Shown here one piece after another: positions 37,474-48,949 of a stretch of DNA of 64,000 bases. This stretch comes from Centroscyllium fabricii (lineage: Eukaryota): contig JBNRSN020000017.1 in assembly GCA_051313645.2 (NCBI GenBank), forward strand, positions 21,762,001 to 21,826,000. The letters are read 5' to 3'. The notes under the pieces were generated by a model. It ran no database searches. It was given only the letters and a program-made list of their open reading frames with translations, and was not told the DNA's origin. Numbering within the stretch: position 1 is the first letter of the stretch; every line of letters begins with the position of its first letter. A program made the translations under genes and the position numbers.

Positions 37474-37883
37474 ATGTTACGTCTTATACCTTCTATGGTA
37501 CATGGTGTTCTCCTGTTAGATACAGCTGAAATCACTGGGCAAGAGAGAAAATATATTTTTCAAAACATACTGAAGGATAGAATTCTAGTTGTTCCCCATT
37601 CACCATCTCTCTGGCACAGGCTCAGAAACAGGCCAACACCCGTGGCCAAGAACGGGGGGGGGGGCAATCTGCCCCCAAGTCTCAGCCAAATCAAATCTGT
37701 GCCAGGCACCAGATGGTGTTGTAAAAAGCATGCAAGAAACAAGTTGCAAGTTATAAGGCGCGTAATGATTCTGCAGGAAATAGATCTGCTAACCCACTGA
37801 CCTGTTACCCAGAAAGAATTCCAATCACATCAGATAAGAACAGAGAGAGGCCTTAGGTCAACACAAGCTCAAGCAGGCCTCCC

Positions 37884-38212
37884 AAACATAGAACTGGTTG
37901 ATCAGCCAAACCCAGTACTCCGCCCCTGCCCTCTCCCCATATCCCTCGATCCCTATCGAGCCTGCATCGACACATATCCCACCCTATCCCCGTAACCCCA
38001 CATATTCAATCCTCCGAACACTAAGGGTCAATTTATCCTGGCCAATCAACCTAACCCGCACATCTTTGGACTGTGGGAGGAAACCGGAGCACCCGGTGGA
38101 AACCCACGCAGACACGGGGAGAATGTGCAAACTCCACAGATAGTACCCGAGGCTGGATTTGAACCCGGGTCTCCAGTGCTGTGAGACAACAGTGCTAACC
38201 ACTGTGCCGCCC
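37884..38212 (-). mobile_element. HE1/V-SINE, double-tail type with tail deletion
   Basis: Matches the 53940 copy. Confidence 0.88.
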
Positions 38213-39139
38213 ACACAGACATAGCAAGTCTGATTAGGGAGACGAGGAACCAGTCAGTCGAATAAGCAAAACACTCAATCATAATAAACATTTAACACAA
38301 AAAAGGTAAGAAATAACTGAATTCTAGCTCAGTGAATAAGATGGTCAGGAAATACCTTTGCCCTGGTAATAATATTCATGAAGTGAATGAAAAATGAAAC
38401 ATCTGTGATCCCAACCCACCAAAATGAGATATACAAATAGGCCAGAGAGAGGGGGAAGCTAGCGGTTAAGAGGAAGGGCTTCCGCGGAGTGGATGAAATG
38501 CTAGGTTTATCAGGCTCTACCCGAGGTGTTGGCTGGCAGCCGACACCTCAGGCAGGTCAAGTAGAGACCCAGCAGAAGTGACCGTTGTTGCAGACGGAGA
38601 CATCCGTCAACATTCACCGACGTCCGTCCGTCCATCCGACATCTGTCCGGTCATCTCGTTCTGTTCATTCCATCGCAGGGCCGTAGATTGTTCTCATCTG
38701 TCACGGGTTGTATGTCTACTATATCTAGTTCAATCGAATGCAGCATCTGATTATGCTTGAACTGTAGCTCTCTAATAAAAAGCCTTACAACTCCCAAGAC
38801 CCTTTGGGTAATCTGTATGGGATCCAAATCTTAGTGTGAACGGTCCTAGAGATAACTCTGTAGCTTTCCCTCTCCTCATTAGCAGGTGCCTGATTTTTGC
38901 TTAGTGTCTTCATTAGCGATGCAGATCAGTAAAGGAATTGAACCTGCATCTCACTACTCCAAAAGAACCACAAACTGGTGCCCCAGAATGCACTGCGCAG
39001 CCCAATTTCAAACGTATTTGGAACTGGGCCACACATACTCCCCTCTGCACTTCATGAGTAGGTGAGACAAACGTCTGCAATAATGCACAAAGTCTTGCAG
39101 CAGTTTTTTGATTTCCATGTTATTGTGGATTCTCTCAGT

Positions 39140-39961
39140 GGGCTGGATTTTCTCAATGGAGACATGCGGGAGACGGGACTTCTGGGTTTCAGCCCCGCCC
39201 CCAGCGAGGTCTGACCAACCCACACTCTTTTCCCTCGAATGGTCTCGTTAAGCTCGACCTGCTGGCTTACTAGCCAATTAAGGGAAAGCCGGTAACAGAT
39301 AATGTCAGTGTATGACACTTCATCTGTTGAAAGAATTTTGACAGATGAATCGTCAGCGTTTGACAGCTTTGCGATGCCGGCAAACACTGAATCTCTGTTC
39401 TAAGGTGAGCCCTTGCACACAGGCTCACCAAGTCCTCTCTCCTCTGCAGAAAGCAGATGGCTGCTGCATCTGAGAATGAGCAGCCATTCTGTCATCTCTG
39501 CTGTTGAGATGAGGCACCTCCAGATCCTCAAAGTTTGAAGTCTGCAGGAAGAAGCAAAGGTAAGGAAGCTTTTTCAAACACTTTACACTCACCTCTCATA
39601 CTTACCTGTCCACACTTGCACCCATCACTCACCTCTACAGCTGACATTTCGACCTCTCACCCCCGCAGACCCACTGCTCGCCTCGCAGACCCCGGTGAGG
39701 TTCGCAGCCGTCGGGAAGCCCACAATTGCAGGCGTAAAATGGGGAAAAGCCTCAAAACTGCCTGTTACCTACCTGTTATCAGGCAGTTGATTGGCTCGAA
39801 TCCCCTTCCCGCCTCAAGGAGACGGGTCCCTGCGCAATTCAGGGATCTGCTTACTGGGAAGATGGCACGGAGGCGAGTTGGGAGCGGGGTTGGTGCCCCA
39901 CTCCCAGTTTCTGCCATTTTCCCGGCAGTTCCGCCTCCCCAGGGCTGGGAAAAGTCCCCCC
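39140..39961. mobile_element. Harbinger-like non-autonomous element
   Basis: Ends GGGCTGGATTTT / AAAAGTCCCCCC, AGT on both sides; homologous to 18099..18823. Confidence 0.7.
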
Positions 39962-40300
39962 AGTAGGTCTGCCTGCGATAAAAAAAACTATAGATCAACT
40001 AACAGATTAGGCAGTGAACTTGCTCCCAGGCCTCCACCAATGTAGCTTTGTAACGCTTTGGTAGATACTGTTAAGTGGCCTAGGATTAACTTCTCCTCCC
40101 ACTTAAAAGAACCTAGGCTCTGCTCAGCACTCTCTCCTGTTGGCCTGGCTGAGTTTGGAAATTCGCTGTGTGATTAGCTGCAGTGACAAACCCCATGGCA
40201 CCCAGCTGATCTGAAATTTCGTAGTTACCACCAGGAACGGAACACTAGGAAGATAATGAGCCATTCTGGTACTACACAGCAGTGGGAAATCCAGTACATT

Positions 40301-40616
40301 CATAGAATCATAGAATCCCTACAGTGCAGAGAGAGGCCATTTCGGCCCATCGAGCCTGCACCGACACATATCCCACCCTATCCCCGTAACCCCACATATT
40401 TAATCCCCCTAACACTAAGGGTCAATTTATCATGGCCAATCAACCTAATCCGCACATCGTTGGACTGTGGGAGGAAACCGGAGCACCCGGAGGAAACCCA
40501 CGCAGACACGGGGAGATGTGCAAACTCCACACAGATAGTCAGCCGAGGCCGGATTTGAACCTGGGCCCCTGGCGCTGTGAGGCAACAGTGCTAACCACTC
40601 TGCCACCGTGCTGCCC
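40301..40616 (-). mobile_element. HE1/V-SINE, single-tail type
   Basis: Same head and body, but ends GCTCGATGGGCCGAAATGGCCTCTCTCTGCACTGTAGGGATTCTATGATTCTATG. Confidence 0.9.
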
Positions 40617-40760
40617 AGTGATACATTAATTTGATATAGGCAAAAGATGCTACACTGATGCAGTACTGGGGAGGAGGGAGCAGTAAGCATTACAGCACAA
40701 GCAATGGTCAATGAGGAATCTTTATAAAGAAGACCTACTGTACTTGAGAAAAATACGCAC

Positions 40761-40949
40761 CTGAAGGTATCTCTGTTGTAAGGAACATCCAGCAGATTTG
40801 GATCTCTAAAAATGTTCATCCACAATTCCCGCACAAATATAGGAGTATCATCAATTAACAGGTTTAGGTTACAGTCCCGGTCTATAACAGAAATAATCTG
40901 TGCCAGGAAAGGTGTTACTACTGTTTGAACTCGTTTCCAAAGTGTGTGC
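40761..40949 (-). CDS. RNF213: RNF213 exon 9 of 24 (HTLWKRVQTVVTPFLAQIISVIDRDCNL...)
   Basis: cag/gtgcgt, 189 nt; HTLWKRVQ motif. Confidence 0.92.
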
Positions 40950-42139
40950 CTGTGAAACAGAAAATATATATTTTTTAACGGAGACGCCTAGATGAAGAGC
41001 CAAGCCCCACAGTGCAAGGCAGTAGTTGTTAGATGAAACTAATCTTGTAGCTTATTGGAGGAAGGGAGGATGAACCGTGACATTACCACTGCTATTTGCG
41101 TCAATGCCAATGCAAAGTGGCCCATTGACCCAAAATCATTCGTGCAAGCAGGAAATTAAAGCCTTATCTGACTCCCAAGCCAGGAAGCAAGAAACTGCTC
41201 CGAAGAGATTGCCTCATACTGTTTGGACTCTGCAGCATGTGCAGTATAACTCCATGCAAGTATAAAGCCATGCTTTGGAAACATCCACTGACCCTCCTGG
41301 CACATTTCTAATCCGAGAATGGATTTAAAAAAAAATTTAATGAGAGGAACACAGCTCCTGTCCATTTTCTCAACACTGAAAATCAGCAACCTACCGCGCG
41401 TGCACAGAACTCTTTTCTTGTTGACCTTAATGTGAAGCACAGCAAGGTAGATCAATGTGCTGGTAAGGAGAAGTGAAGAGGGATGAAACAGCGATGGGAA
41501 TAGGGCAAGGATGATACTCTGGTAAGATGCAAGAAAGACTAAGTGAAGTGATGCAAAGTTAAACCGTGGGAAAGCTTCCCAAAATTGCATGCGATGCAAA
41601 GGGTAAATTCACTGATCATGTACTCTCAGAGGGAAGTCATGTTCGAAGAGAGATACGACAACGCTGGTTAAAGAATTGGCATGGCAACACAGTGGTACTG
41701 ATTCACCAACCTACGTCCTCCGAGTGCAGCACTACGCTGGGAGCAACTGATTGATGAATTTACCTTGCATAATTGAGATTAATTTACTAGTACGGACCTC
41801 CATCGCATTGTGTCCTTTGGTGTGAATTCAGTTAGGTGTCCTATAATTAAAGTTAGCACCTGTGTACTTTAACTTTATACATAAAATAAACAATACTAGC
41901 ATGAAACAAAGTGGGTTTTTTGAGCCAATCACAGTGAATCATTTTGTTCCTTTGGCAGATGCCTGGAACACAAATATAAGTTGTTCACAATTGTTTAAAG
42001 CGCAATACCTGACTAGCACTAAATTTTCAATGTCCTTGAAAAGATATTTTGCCAAGTGAGTCTTCAACTATTTATTTTTCATTTAAAAAAAAAAACGATC
42101 TCTGGGCCTTCTTAGAACAAGGGGCAGATTTGGCTGTAC

Positions 42140-42275
42140 CTGAAGGTGCCACCTTCCTGAAGTGCTTCAAGGTTCGAGGCTTCCCGCACCATCCACTCAG
42201 TTGCATCGATGGACTCCTCGTCTCGCTTCAGCAGAAGAGAATGTAGCCTTTGTTTCATCACTTCCAGGAATAAAG
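42140..42275 (-). CDS. RNF213: RNF213 exon 8 of 24 (ALFLEVMKQRL...EALQEGGTFR)
   Basis: tag/gtacag, 136 nt, phase consistent. Confidence 0.92.
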
Positions 42276-42763
42276 CTAAACGAGAAAACAAAAATATGAA
42301 AATTGAAGCCACTGAGATGCTGCACCTTTCTCCTGTACACTACAAACATCTTCCAATCGTTTGCAACATCATTGCTCATGCTGTTCATTCTTGCAATAAA
42401 AGATACAGTAAATGTGTTAATTATTTGAGAATCCGTTTGAAGGATTTTCAAGATATCCAAAATACTGAAATGAGAGCAGGCACAACCATTATAAATTAAG
42501 TGCTTTAATCTATGCATTCTATATTTAAACTGGTTATTTAAGCAACTCTAGTTATTGAAAAAGCCTGAAACCCAAAAGCTGTTTCTGGTGAGTTTACAAT
42601 TTCTAATCATATCCCATGATCACTATTAGCCGGTGCACGAAAGTCTCAATTGCTGCGGTATACTTCGCTATACTCTGAAGCCTGACAGATATGATGTTGT
42701 TAATTTTCAAATTGCTACTTTTAGACATAAAACTTTGATAATGTAAAACAGTTAACAACAAAC

Positions 42764-42905
42764 CTTTGAACTCCACATCTTCTGTTAACAGTGAAAGCAG
42801 GATTTCTACTCGTGTCGTGCTGCGACTCAAACCCTGGTGCAGGTCCCTCAGCATGCTAACAGCAGACTGTACACAGCTCCTTATGAGGGAGGTCGTATCC
42901 AGCAC
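42764..42905 (-). CDS. RNF213: RNF213 exon 7 of 24 (VLDTTSLIRSCVQSAVSMLRD...EDVEFK)
   Basis: LDTT.L.RSCVQSAV.MLRD motif; donor gtttg. Acceptor is ambiguous (42905 or in-frame 42917). Confidence 0.88.
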
Positions 42906-43356
42906 CTGTTCTTTATCCTTTTTTTTAAAAAAAGTGAAATTTGCAACCCAGTTTGTAAATTAGCAAGGTATATATAAAAAACTAACTACAAAAGACACAC
43001 TACAACAATGCAGCACAAGTTAAAATTGTTCATTGCCATCAATCTTACAAATGCAGGAACAACTTCTACACTTTAATTAATGTGCAAAACAAAACTACAA
43101 ATTTCCTAATCTGTTTAAGCTATTTTTCCCCAATATGTTTAAGCTATTTTTGCTGCTACATTACTCTAGGTTTATTTTTGTTCTCTGAAATTTTGAACTG
43201 CCAACTTGAACCTGCTAACGTCTGCTTATTCTTTGTTAATGGAAAAAAAGCTTAATTTCAGGATTTTCAGAGACACTGCACAACATACCATACTGCAGGC
43301 ACTGTCAATAGGAGATTCAGAGAGACAATGGATTTCAAATTAATTAAAACGCTTAC

Positions 43357-43412
43357 AAAAGCTAGTTCCGATAAAGGTTCTTCAATCATCTCCTCCTGGT
43401 CTACAATCATGG
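43357..43412 (-). CDS. RNF213: RNF213 small linker exon 6 of 24 (SMIVDQEEMIEEPLSELAF)
   Basis: tttcag/gtaagc, 56 nt. It bridges the phase-1 donor of the previous exon to the phase-0 acceptor of the next and encodes an acidic linker-like peptide; sequence conservation is weak. Confidence 0.7.
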
Positions 43413-44101
43413 CTGAAATACAAACAGAGATCTGTTAAGTACACCAATTTTAATTTCCATCTTTAGTGAACTATCACCAGCTCATTGATCAATTAAACAA
43501 CTACCAACAGAACAGTTGGTAGGTAATTGATTTAATAACAATCCAATACTAAAGTATAGGCTATGGCTTTATTATACCAATTAAGGGATAATTGTCAAAA
43601 AATAATAATTATTGATCCAGACACATATCAAACAGACCCTTATATTCTGAGTGCAGGAAAGAGGAAAGCTAATCATTAACTCAATCAATATTTGATTATC
43701 AAAATCATTTAAAAAATGTATATATACTTTGAGATCAATATTTTGAAATTGATACTTTTATATTGGTTGAAATTCAATATTGAAGCAAATATTTGAGGGT
43801 ACCGGTAGGTGGATCATTTCAGCTATCAGAACAGTTGCGCTGCAGCAGCAAAGTTAATAAAGAGGATCTTGGATGGTATAGCCAGGGAAAGAGCACAGAT
43901 CACAGGGAAGTGTTCAGAGTTCGCAGAGAGCACTGGTCCGGCCTCACCTGCAGTACTATATCCAATTCTGGTCATATATTACGAGAAAGGCATCTTTACA
44001 TTGGAAGGTATGCTGCAAAGGGCAACTATATTGATGGCTGGGTTAGGCATCAGAGTTATAAAAAAAAAATGCAGAAACTAGGAATGTTTACACTGGATAA
44101 A

Positions 44102-44470
44102 CACACAGAAACACAGAAGATAGGAGCGGGAGTAGGCAATTCGGTCCTTCGAGCCTGCTCCGCCATTTTGTTTGATGAGATCATGGCTGATCATCCAAAC
44201 CCAGCACCCCCCCCGCCCCTCCTACCCTCTCCCCAACACCAAGAACTATGTCTCACACACATACTCATGGGCAATTTTTAGTATCTCCAATTCACCTAAG
44301 CTGCATGTCTTTGGGTGGTGGGAGGAAACCGGCGTACCCGGAGGAAACCCACACGAACACGGGGAGAACATGCAAACTCCACACAGAGGGGACCCGGGTC
44401 AAGCAGGATTCGAACCCAGGAGCTCCTTATTGCGAGGCAGCAGTGCTAACCACTGCGCCACCGTGTCGTC
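44102..44470 (-). mobile_element. divergent V-SINE with CR1-tail piece, inside a degraded CR1 fragment (about 43780-44510)
   Basis: V-domain and tRNA-like head are present; the body differs from the other copies. Confidence 0.7.
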
Positions 44471-44515
44471 CAGCTTAGGGTGATGTCATGGGGTACAGAC
44501 AAGATAAATGTCAGT

Positions 44516-44960
44516 ATTCAATTCAACTTTATTGTCATTGCACAGTCTACAAGCAGAGTGCAACGAAAAGTGAACTCGCAAGCTCCCAGGACATGACGTA
44601 ACAGACATTAAGTTATAAAGTATACCAAGTACGATATATATATATATATATAAAAAAATATATATATATATATATATAAATAAATATAAATATATATATA
44701 AATATATAAATCTATCTATCTATCTATTAATTATAAGTATGTTTAACATAGTCAGTTACAGGCCGGTATCATGGGATTTGGAGTGCTTAAACACTAGGAC
44801 TGGCCAGATAGATGGCAGTGGGATTTTTCCATTCCGATATATTGCTATGTTCCTTTGTGTGTCAAGCATTCTGTACCACAGGGCAGAAACATTGCTCACA
44901 TCTGCAATTCCCTTTAAGACGATGGAGAATGAAGAAGAAAAATCCCTGTGATTTGTGCTC
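44516..44960 (-). mobile_element. degenerate Rex1-like 3' fragment containing a (TA)n/(TCTA)n microsatellite at about 44635-44727
   Basis: TTCAATTCAACTTTATTGTCATTGCA is the reverse of the tail at 33420-33450. Confidence 0.55.
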
Positions 44961-45296
44961 TCCTTCCCTGGCTATACCGTCCAAGATCCACAGGCAGAGA
45001 AGGAAGGTCGGAAGGTCAGAACAACATATAGGGGTGCAGGTCATCTGCTCGCCCTTGTGGTTTAGGAATAGAACATGGCACAGGGACCTAAAAGTAGAAA
45101 AAATACATGATAAAGATGGTACTGTATAATTCACTAAATGTAGTAAACTAGAAGACCGTTCCAACTTTAGGATGCTTATAATTTATCTGGAAGTTAGATA
45201 AACCATTAAAATTATTGCAAAAAATGTTCATGGGAGTCATGTTGAAGGGATCGAGATAGTGTCCAGAAAAGAATATGAAAAATATAAAATACATAC

Positions 45297-45419
45297 ATTC
45301 AGGCTCCCCTGGATCTTTGCCAAACAGCTGGCTAATAGTAATGCTTTTGAAAGCAGTCACATTTGCAATCATGTCTTTCGACTTCCTGAGGTCATCAATA
45401 TGAACTGACTGCCATGGGT
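45297..45419 (-). CDS. RNF213: RNF213 exon 5 of 24 (PWQSVHIDDLRKS...ISQLFGKDPGEPE)
   Basis: tag/gtatgt, 123 nt; WQSVHIDDLR motif. Confidence 0.92.
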
Positions 45420-45933
45420 CTAAAAAAAGATAGAAATTTATTAACATATAGAGCCACAATTCACTGAAATGTACTTTTAAGTACTGATGCATAAACTGGA
45501 CTACATATTTATTAAGCATTACAAAGGTTTAATACAGAGTTGACACAAACCACGAATCGTATATTCCATAATTTATAATTTCCATAGTAACCATGCCGAT
45601 GTTGCAATAGTTTCTTGGACATTATTCAGTGGCTCAAGGAAAACTGGAATTATTAACTTTTAAATATACTTGCTCATCTGCATAAATTTGATGTCCCAAT
45701 GTCAGCCCTATTGATCATTTGACCATCTGCGATTGTTGAACAAACCCCCTTTGCTTGTACTATGTCATTCTGTCACAGCAAAAATACTTAGTAACCATGT
45801 GATTTAAAAAAACATTTTTTTTTAAGGGTTTTATAAATAGATTGGAAACACTCTTCTCCCATCCCCCAAATATTTCCCTTTCAGAAAAGCAAGCAGCAGC
45901 TTACCATACGGTGGCTAGTTTTCTGGTCATATT

Positions 45934-46680
45934 GGGCCAGAAATTCGGCCCGCAACGCACGAGTATGGACGTGGGCCCTTCGGAATCAGCATGCACCGCA
46001 CATGCGCGCGAAACCAGCAATTCCGATCCCCTGAAAGAAGGGGTCAGAATGCGTCTGAGTGCGCGGCAGCGGGTGCGCAATGCACTTGCGATTTTTTTGT
46101 TTTTATATACAGGTTTTTATCAGTGCAAGTGTTTGAAAAAGTTACGGCCTGATATTTTCATGCGCAAAGAGTGGATTTCAGCAGGTAAGTCTTTATTTAA
46201 TTCAATTTAAATATTTTTTTCCCCCACAGGTTTTTCCATTTTTAAATACTTTAAAGAAAGGTAAGTTGATTTTTAGCCCCGTTACAGACTACAATTAATT
46301 TTTTCAAAATTTTTATTTTTTGTTTCAAATAGCTAATTTATGTCTGATAGTAATTTAAAAAAATGTGATTTTTAAAAGAATTTATTTTAAGATTTACTGA
46401 GATTTTGGGGTTGTTCTATTCATAAGTTTAACAGCTCTTCCTGTCAAAACTTATGAATGGAGCATTCTGTGCTCCGATTGGCTCCCCGCAGACCACGTGA
46501 TCCTGCGGGAAGCTTCGCACTAACTGCGACGCTCAGATGCAGCAGCACAGCGCGTCGGCATCGCAGGAGGGCCCCGCATCGGAATTCCATGCGGGTGGAA
46601 TGGAGAACGGCCGGCGCGCTCCGTACATGTGGGTTGGAGGCTTGTACTCGCGGGAAGCCTCCAACCCGAATTTCTGGCCC
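45934..46680. mobile_element. Harbinger-like non-autonomous element
   Basis: Perfect 15-bp TIR GGGCCAGAAATTCGG; flanks ATT/AGT. Confidence 0.75.
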
Positions 46681-46902
46681 AGTGTCATTTTTCGAGTGTG
46701 CCCCAGCCCTCGGAATGTAGTGTTTCTTTGCTTGGCCTGAACTCTGTACACTCCCACTGAAATCAATTAACTGGGGCAGGGGGGGCGGTGGGAGGCTGAA
46801 GCAACTGGTGAACATTACATGACTTGCTGGTTAAGTGGAGCAATTTCTCCATGAATATGATCAGGTCATTGTACATACATATTCTGAATGATTCCTTTCA
46901 AT

Positions 46903-47176
46903 CAGTGGTCTCCAACCGCCGGTCCGCGACCCGGTGCCGCTCCGCGGGACATTCTTACCGGGCCGCGGAAGGGTTTGTGCCTCGGCGCATGCGCAGATCA
47001 TTCGCCGACGGAAGACGTTGAACGAGGCACAGACGGAAGACACCCCGGCCAGTGGAAAAAACTCCGCCAGCACCCCCCCATCCCTGTCAAAAAATCTCCG
47101 CCAGCACACGCCCCCCCCGCGAAAAAATTGACAAGTCCAAAATGGGCCGCGGTCCAAAAAAGGTTGGGGACCCCTG
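46903..47176. mobile_element. hAT (Charlie-like) MITE
   Basis: CAGTGGTCTCCAACC / GGTTGGGGACCCCTG, 8-bp TSD CTTTCAAT/CTTTAAAT; related fragment at about 36920-37075. Confidence 0.8.
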
Positions 47177-47536
47177 CTTTAAATTAAAGAGACCAGTAGC
47201 AAATGCCTTATAGGGAGATTCATGATAATTCAATTAAGAGCCTGCTGGATTTAAGAATCCAGCCAAGCCCCTATTTTAAAACTTGCTAAAATAATTTACC
47301 TCCTATAAAATGTCCCAAATAAAATAGATCAATAATAATTGACAATAGTTGCAGTATAATATTGCATCAAAGTATTGGATGGCACATATGCCAGTATACA
47401 AATTAAATACATGCTCCAACAGTAAGGGCACCTTGAGCCCAGGAGTTGCAAGCTTTAGTTTTTCTTCAAATGTAAATCTGAAGCATGGAGGAGAAGAAAA
47501 AAAAAATCACACTGCTGTAAAGTATTAACTTTTTAC

Positions 47537-47652
47537 CTCCATGAAATCCGACGTATGTTGATCCGCCTTCCATTCTTGGCAATTTAGTGATGAAATACAC
47601 ATAGACTGTTCCATCACTTTTGCTTTTGTTGATTTCATTTATAGTCGAATAC
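47537..47652 (-). CDS. RNF213: RNF213 exon 4 of 24 (YSTINEINK...VYFITKLPRMEGGSTYVGFHG)
   Basis: tag/gtaaaa, 116 nt, phase consistent; lies within ORF 47466..47699. Confidence 0.93.
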
Positions 47653-48218
47653 CTACCCAAAGAACAGGACGCTGTATTATAACATGTACGAACTAACAAA
47701 CATTTCAGTTAATTGAATAATCTTCCATATATGTTAAAATTTCTTGTGTGTCCAAGCTGTGATTGTTACGTCTATGTGCCAATTTTCTCTTCCTCATTGT
47801 TTAAGTGATTTTTCTTACTCGTCAGTTAGATGTCGGTTTCTATCCTCTCTAATTCGTACTTTTGGTTATTTTCTGCATTATTCATCAGTCAGTCTGGCAA
47901 TTTACAGGAAACCATCTTTACAAATGTTCATATGAAATGCATTTATTGTGAATCAAGCAAAAGAAAATCATAACACAATGAGTCAAGTTAAATAAAATAA
48001 TTTTCTACCAAACACAAGGATCTAGGAACAAAATGACAAAGCGTCAAAGAGATCATTCTTTTGTTTTAAAGGTTTGGGAATGAAAAATGAGATTAATCTA
48101 TCTTGTCTAATTTACATTTATTTTTATTGTAAAGCAAAAACAGCATAAAAACAATTCTTATTGGTGAAAATATTCATCACATGTAGGAAATATTACATGT
48201 AGAAAATATTCATTACAT

Positions 48219-48444
48219 GGTTGATTGGCCATGATAAATTGACCCTTAGTGTTAGGGGGGATTGAATATGTGGGGTTACGGGGATAGGGTGGGATATGTG
48301 TTGATGGAGGCTCGATAGGGATCGAGGGATATGGGGAGAGGGCAGGGGCGGGGTACTGGGTTTGGATGATCAGCCATGATCTCATTGAATGGCGGAGCAG
48401 GCTCGAAGGGCCGAATGGCCTACTCCTGCTCCTAGTTTCTATGT
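48219..48444 (+). mobile_element. HE1/V-SINE, 5'-truncated, double-tail type
   Basis: Matches the 3' half of the family. Confidence 0.85.
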
Positions 48445-48949
48445 ATAGCAGTAAATTGCAGTTGTCCAGGCATGCAGTGGGTGCAATCAGAAATTTACTT
48501 ATCGCTGAACTCCCACCAATATGTATTCCTGCTATTCAGTGCCAGGAGAGCACAGGATTTTAGTACATGATGCATATTTAGGAAGAACCTCTTAAGTCCC
48601 CTCACTAAATCCATGTTTATAAAGAAGAATTCTCTGAAAGGACCAATTTAAGCTAATTATGAGGATGTTTGAATGCACAATAAATCTGTGGGCTGTGTCA
48701 TAGATTGGGAGACCCAGTTTATCACTGCTGACATCTTGATCATTTCTCAGTGAGAGTGTTGCTAGCCTCGGCCAAGCCACAAGGTGGAGCGCCAAACTCG
48801 CTACTGACCAAAAAAGCGGGTAGAGATCAGCACACTCTCCACCTTTGGTTGCACTTGCTCCCTTTTACTGCCTCTCTACAATAAGACACAGGTGCCTTGC
48901 TCTAGTTTCTCTCATATTTCCCCTCATGCATTCTCTGAGCATGTCCATG

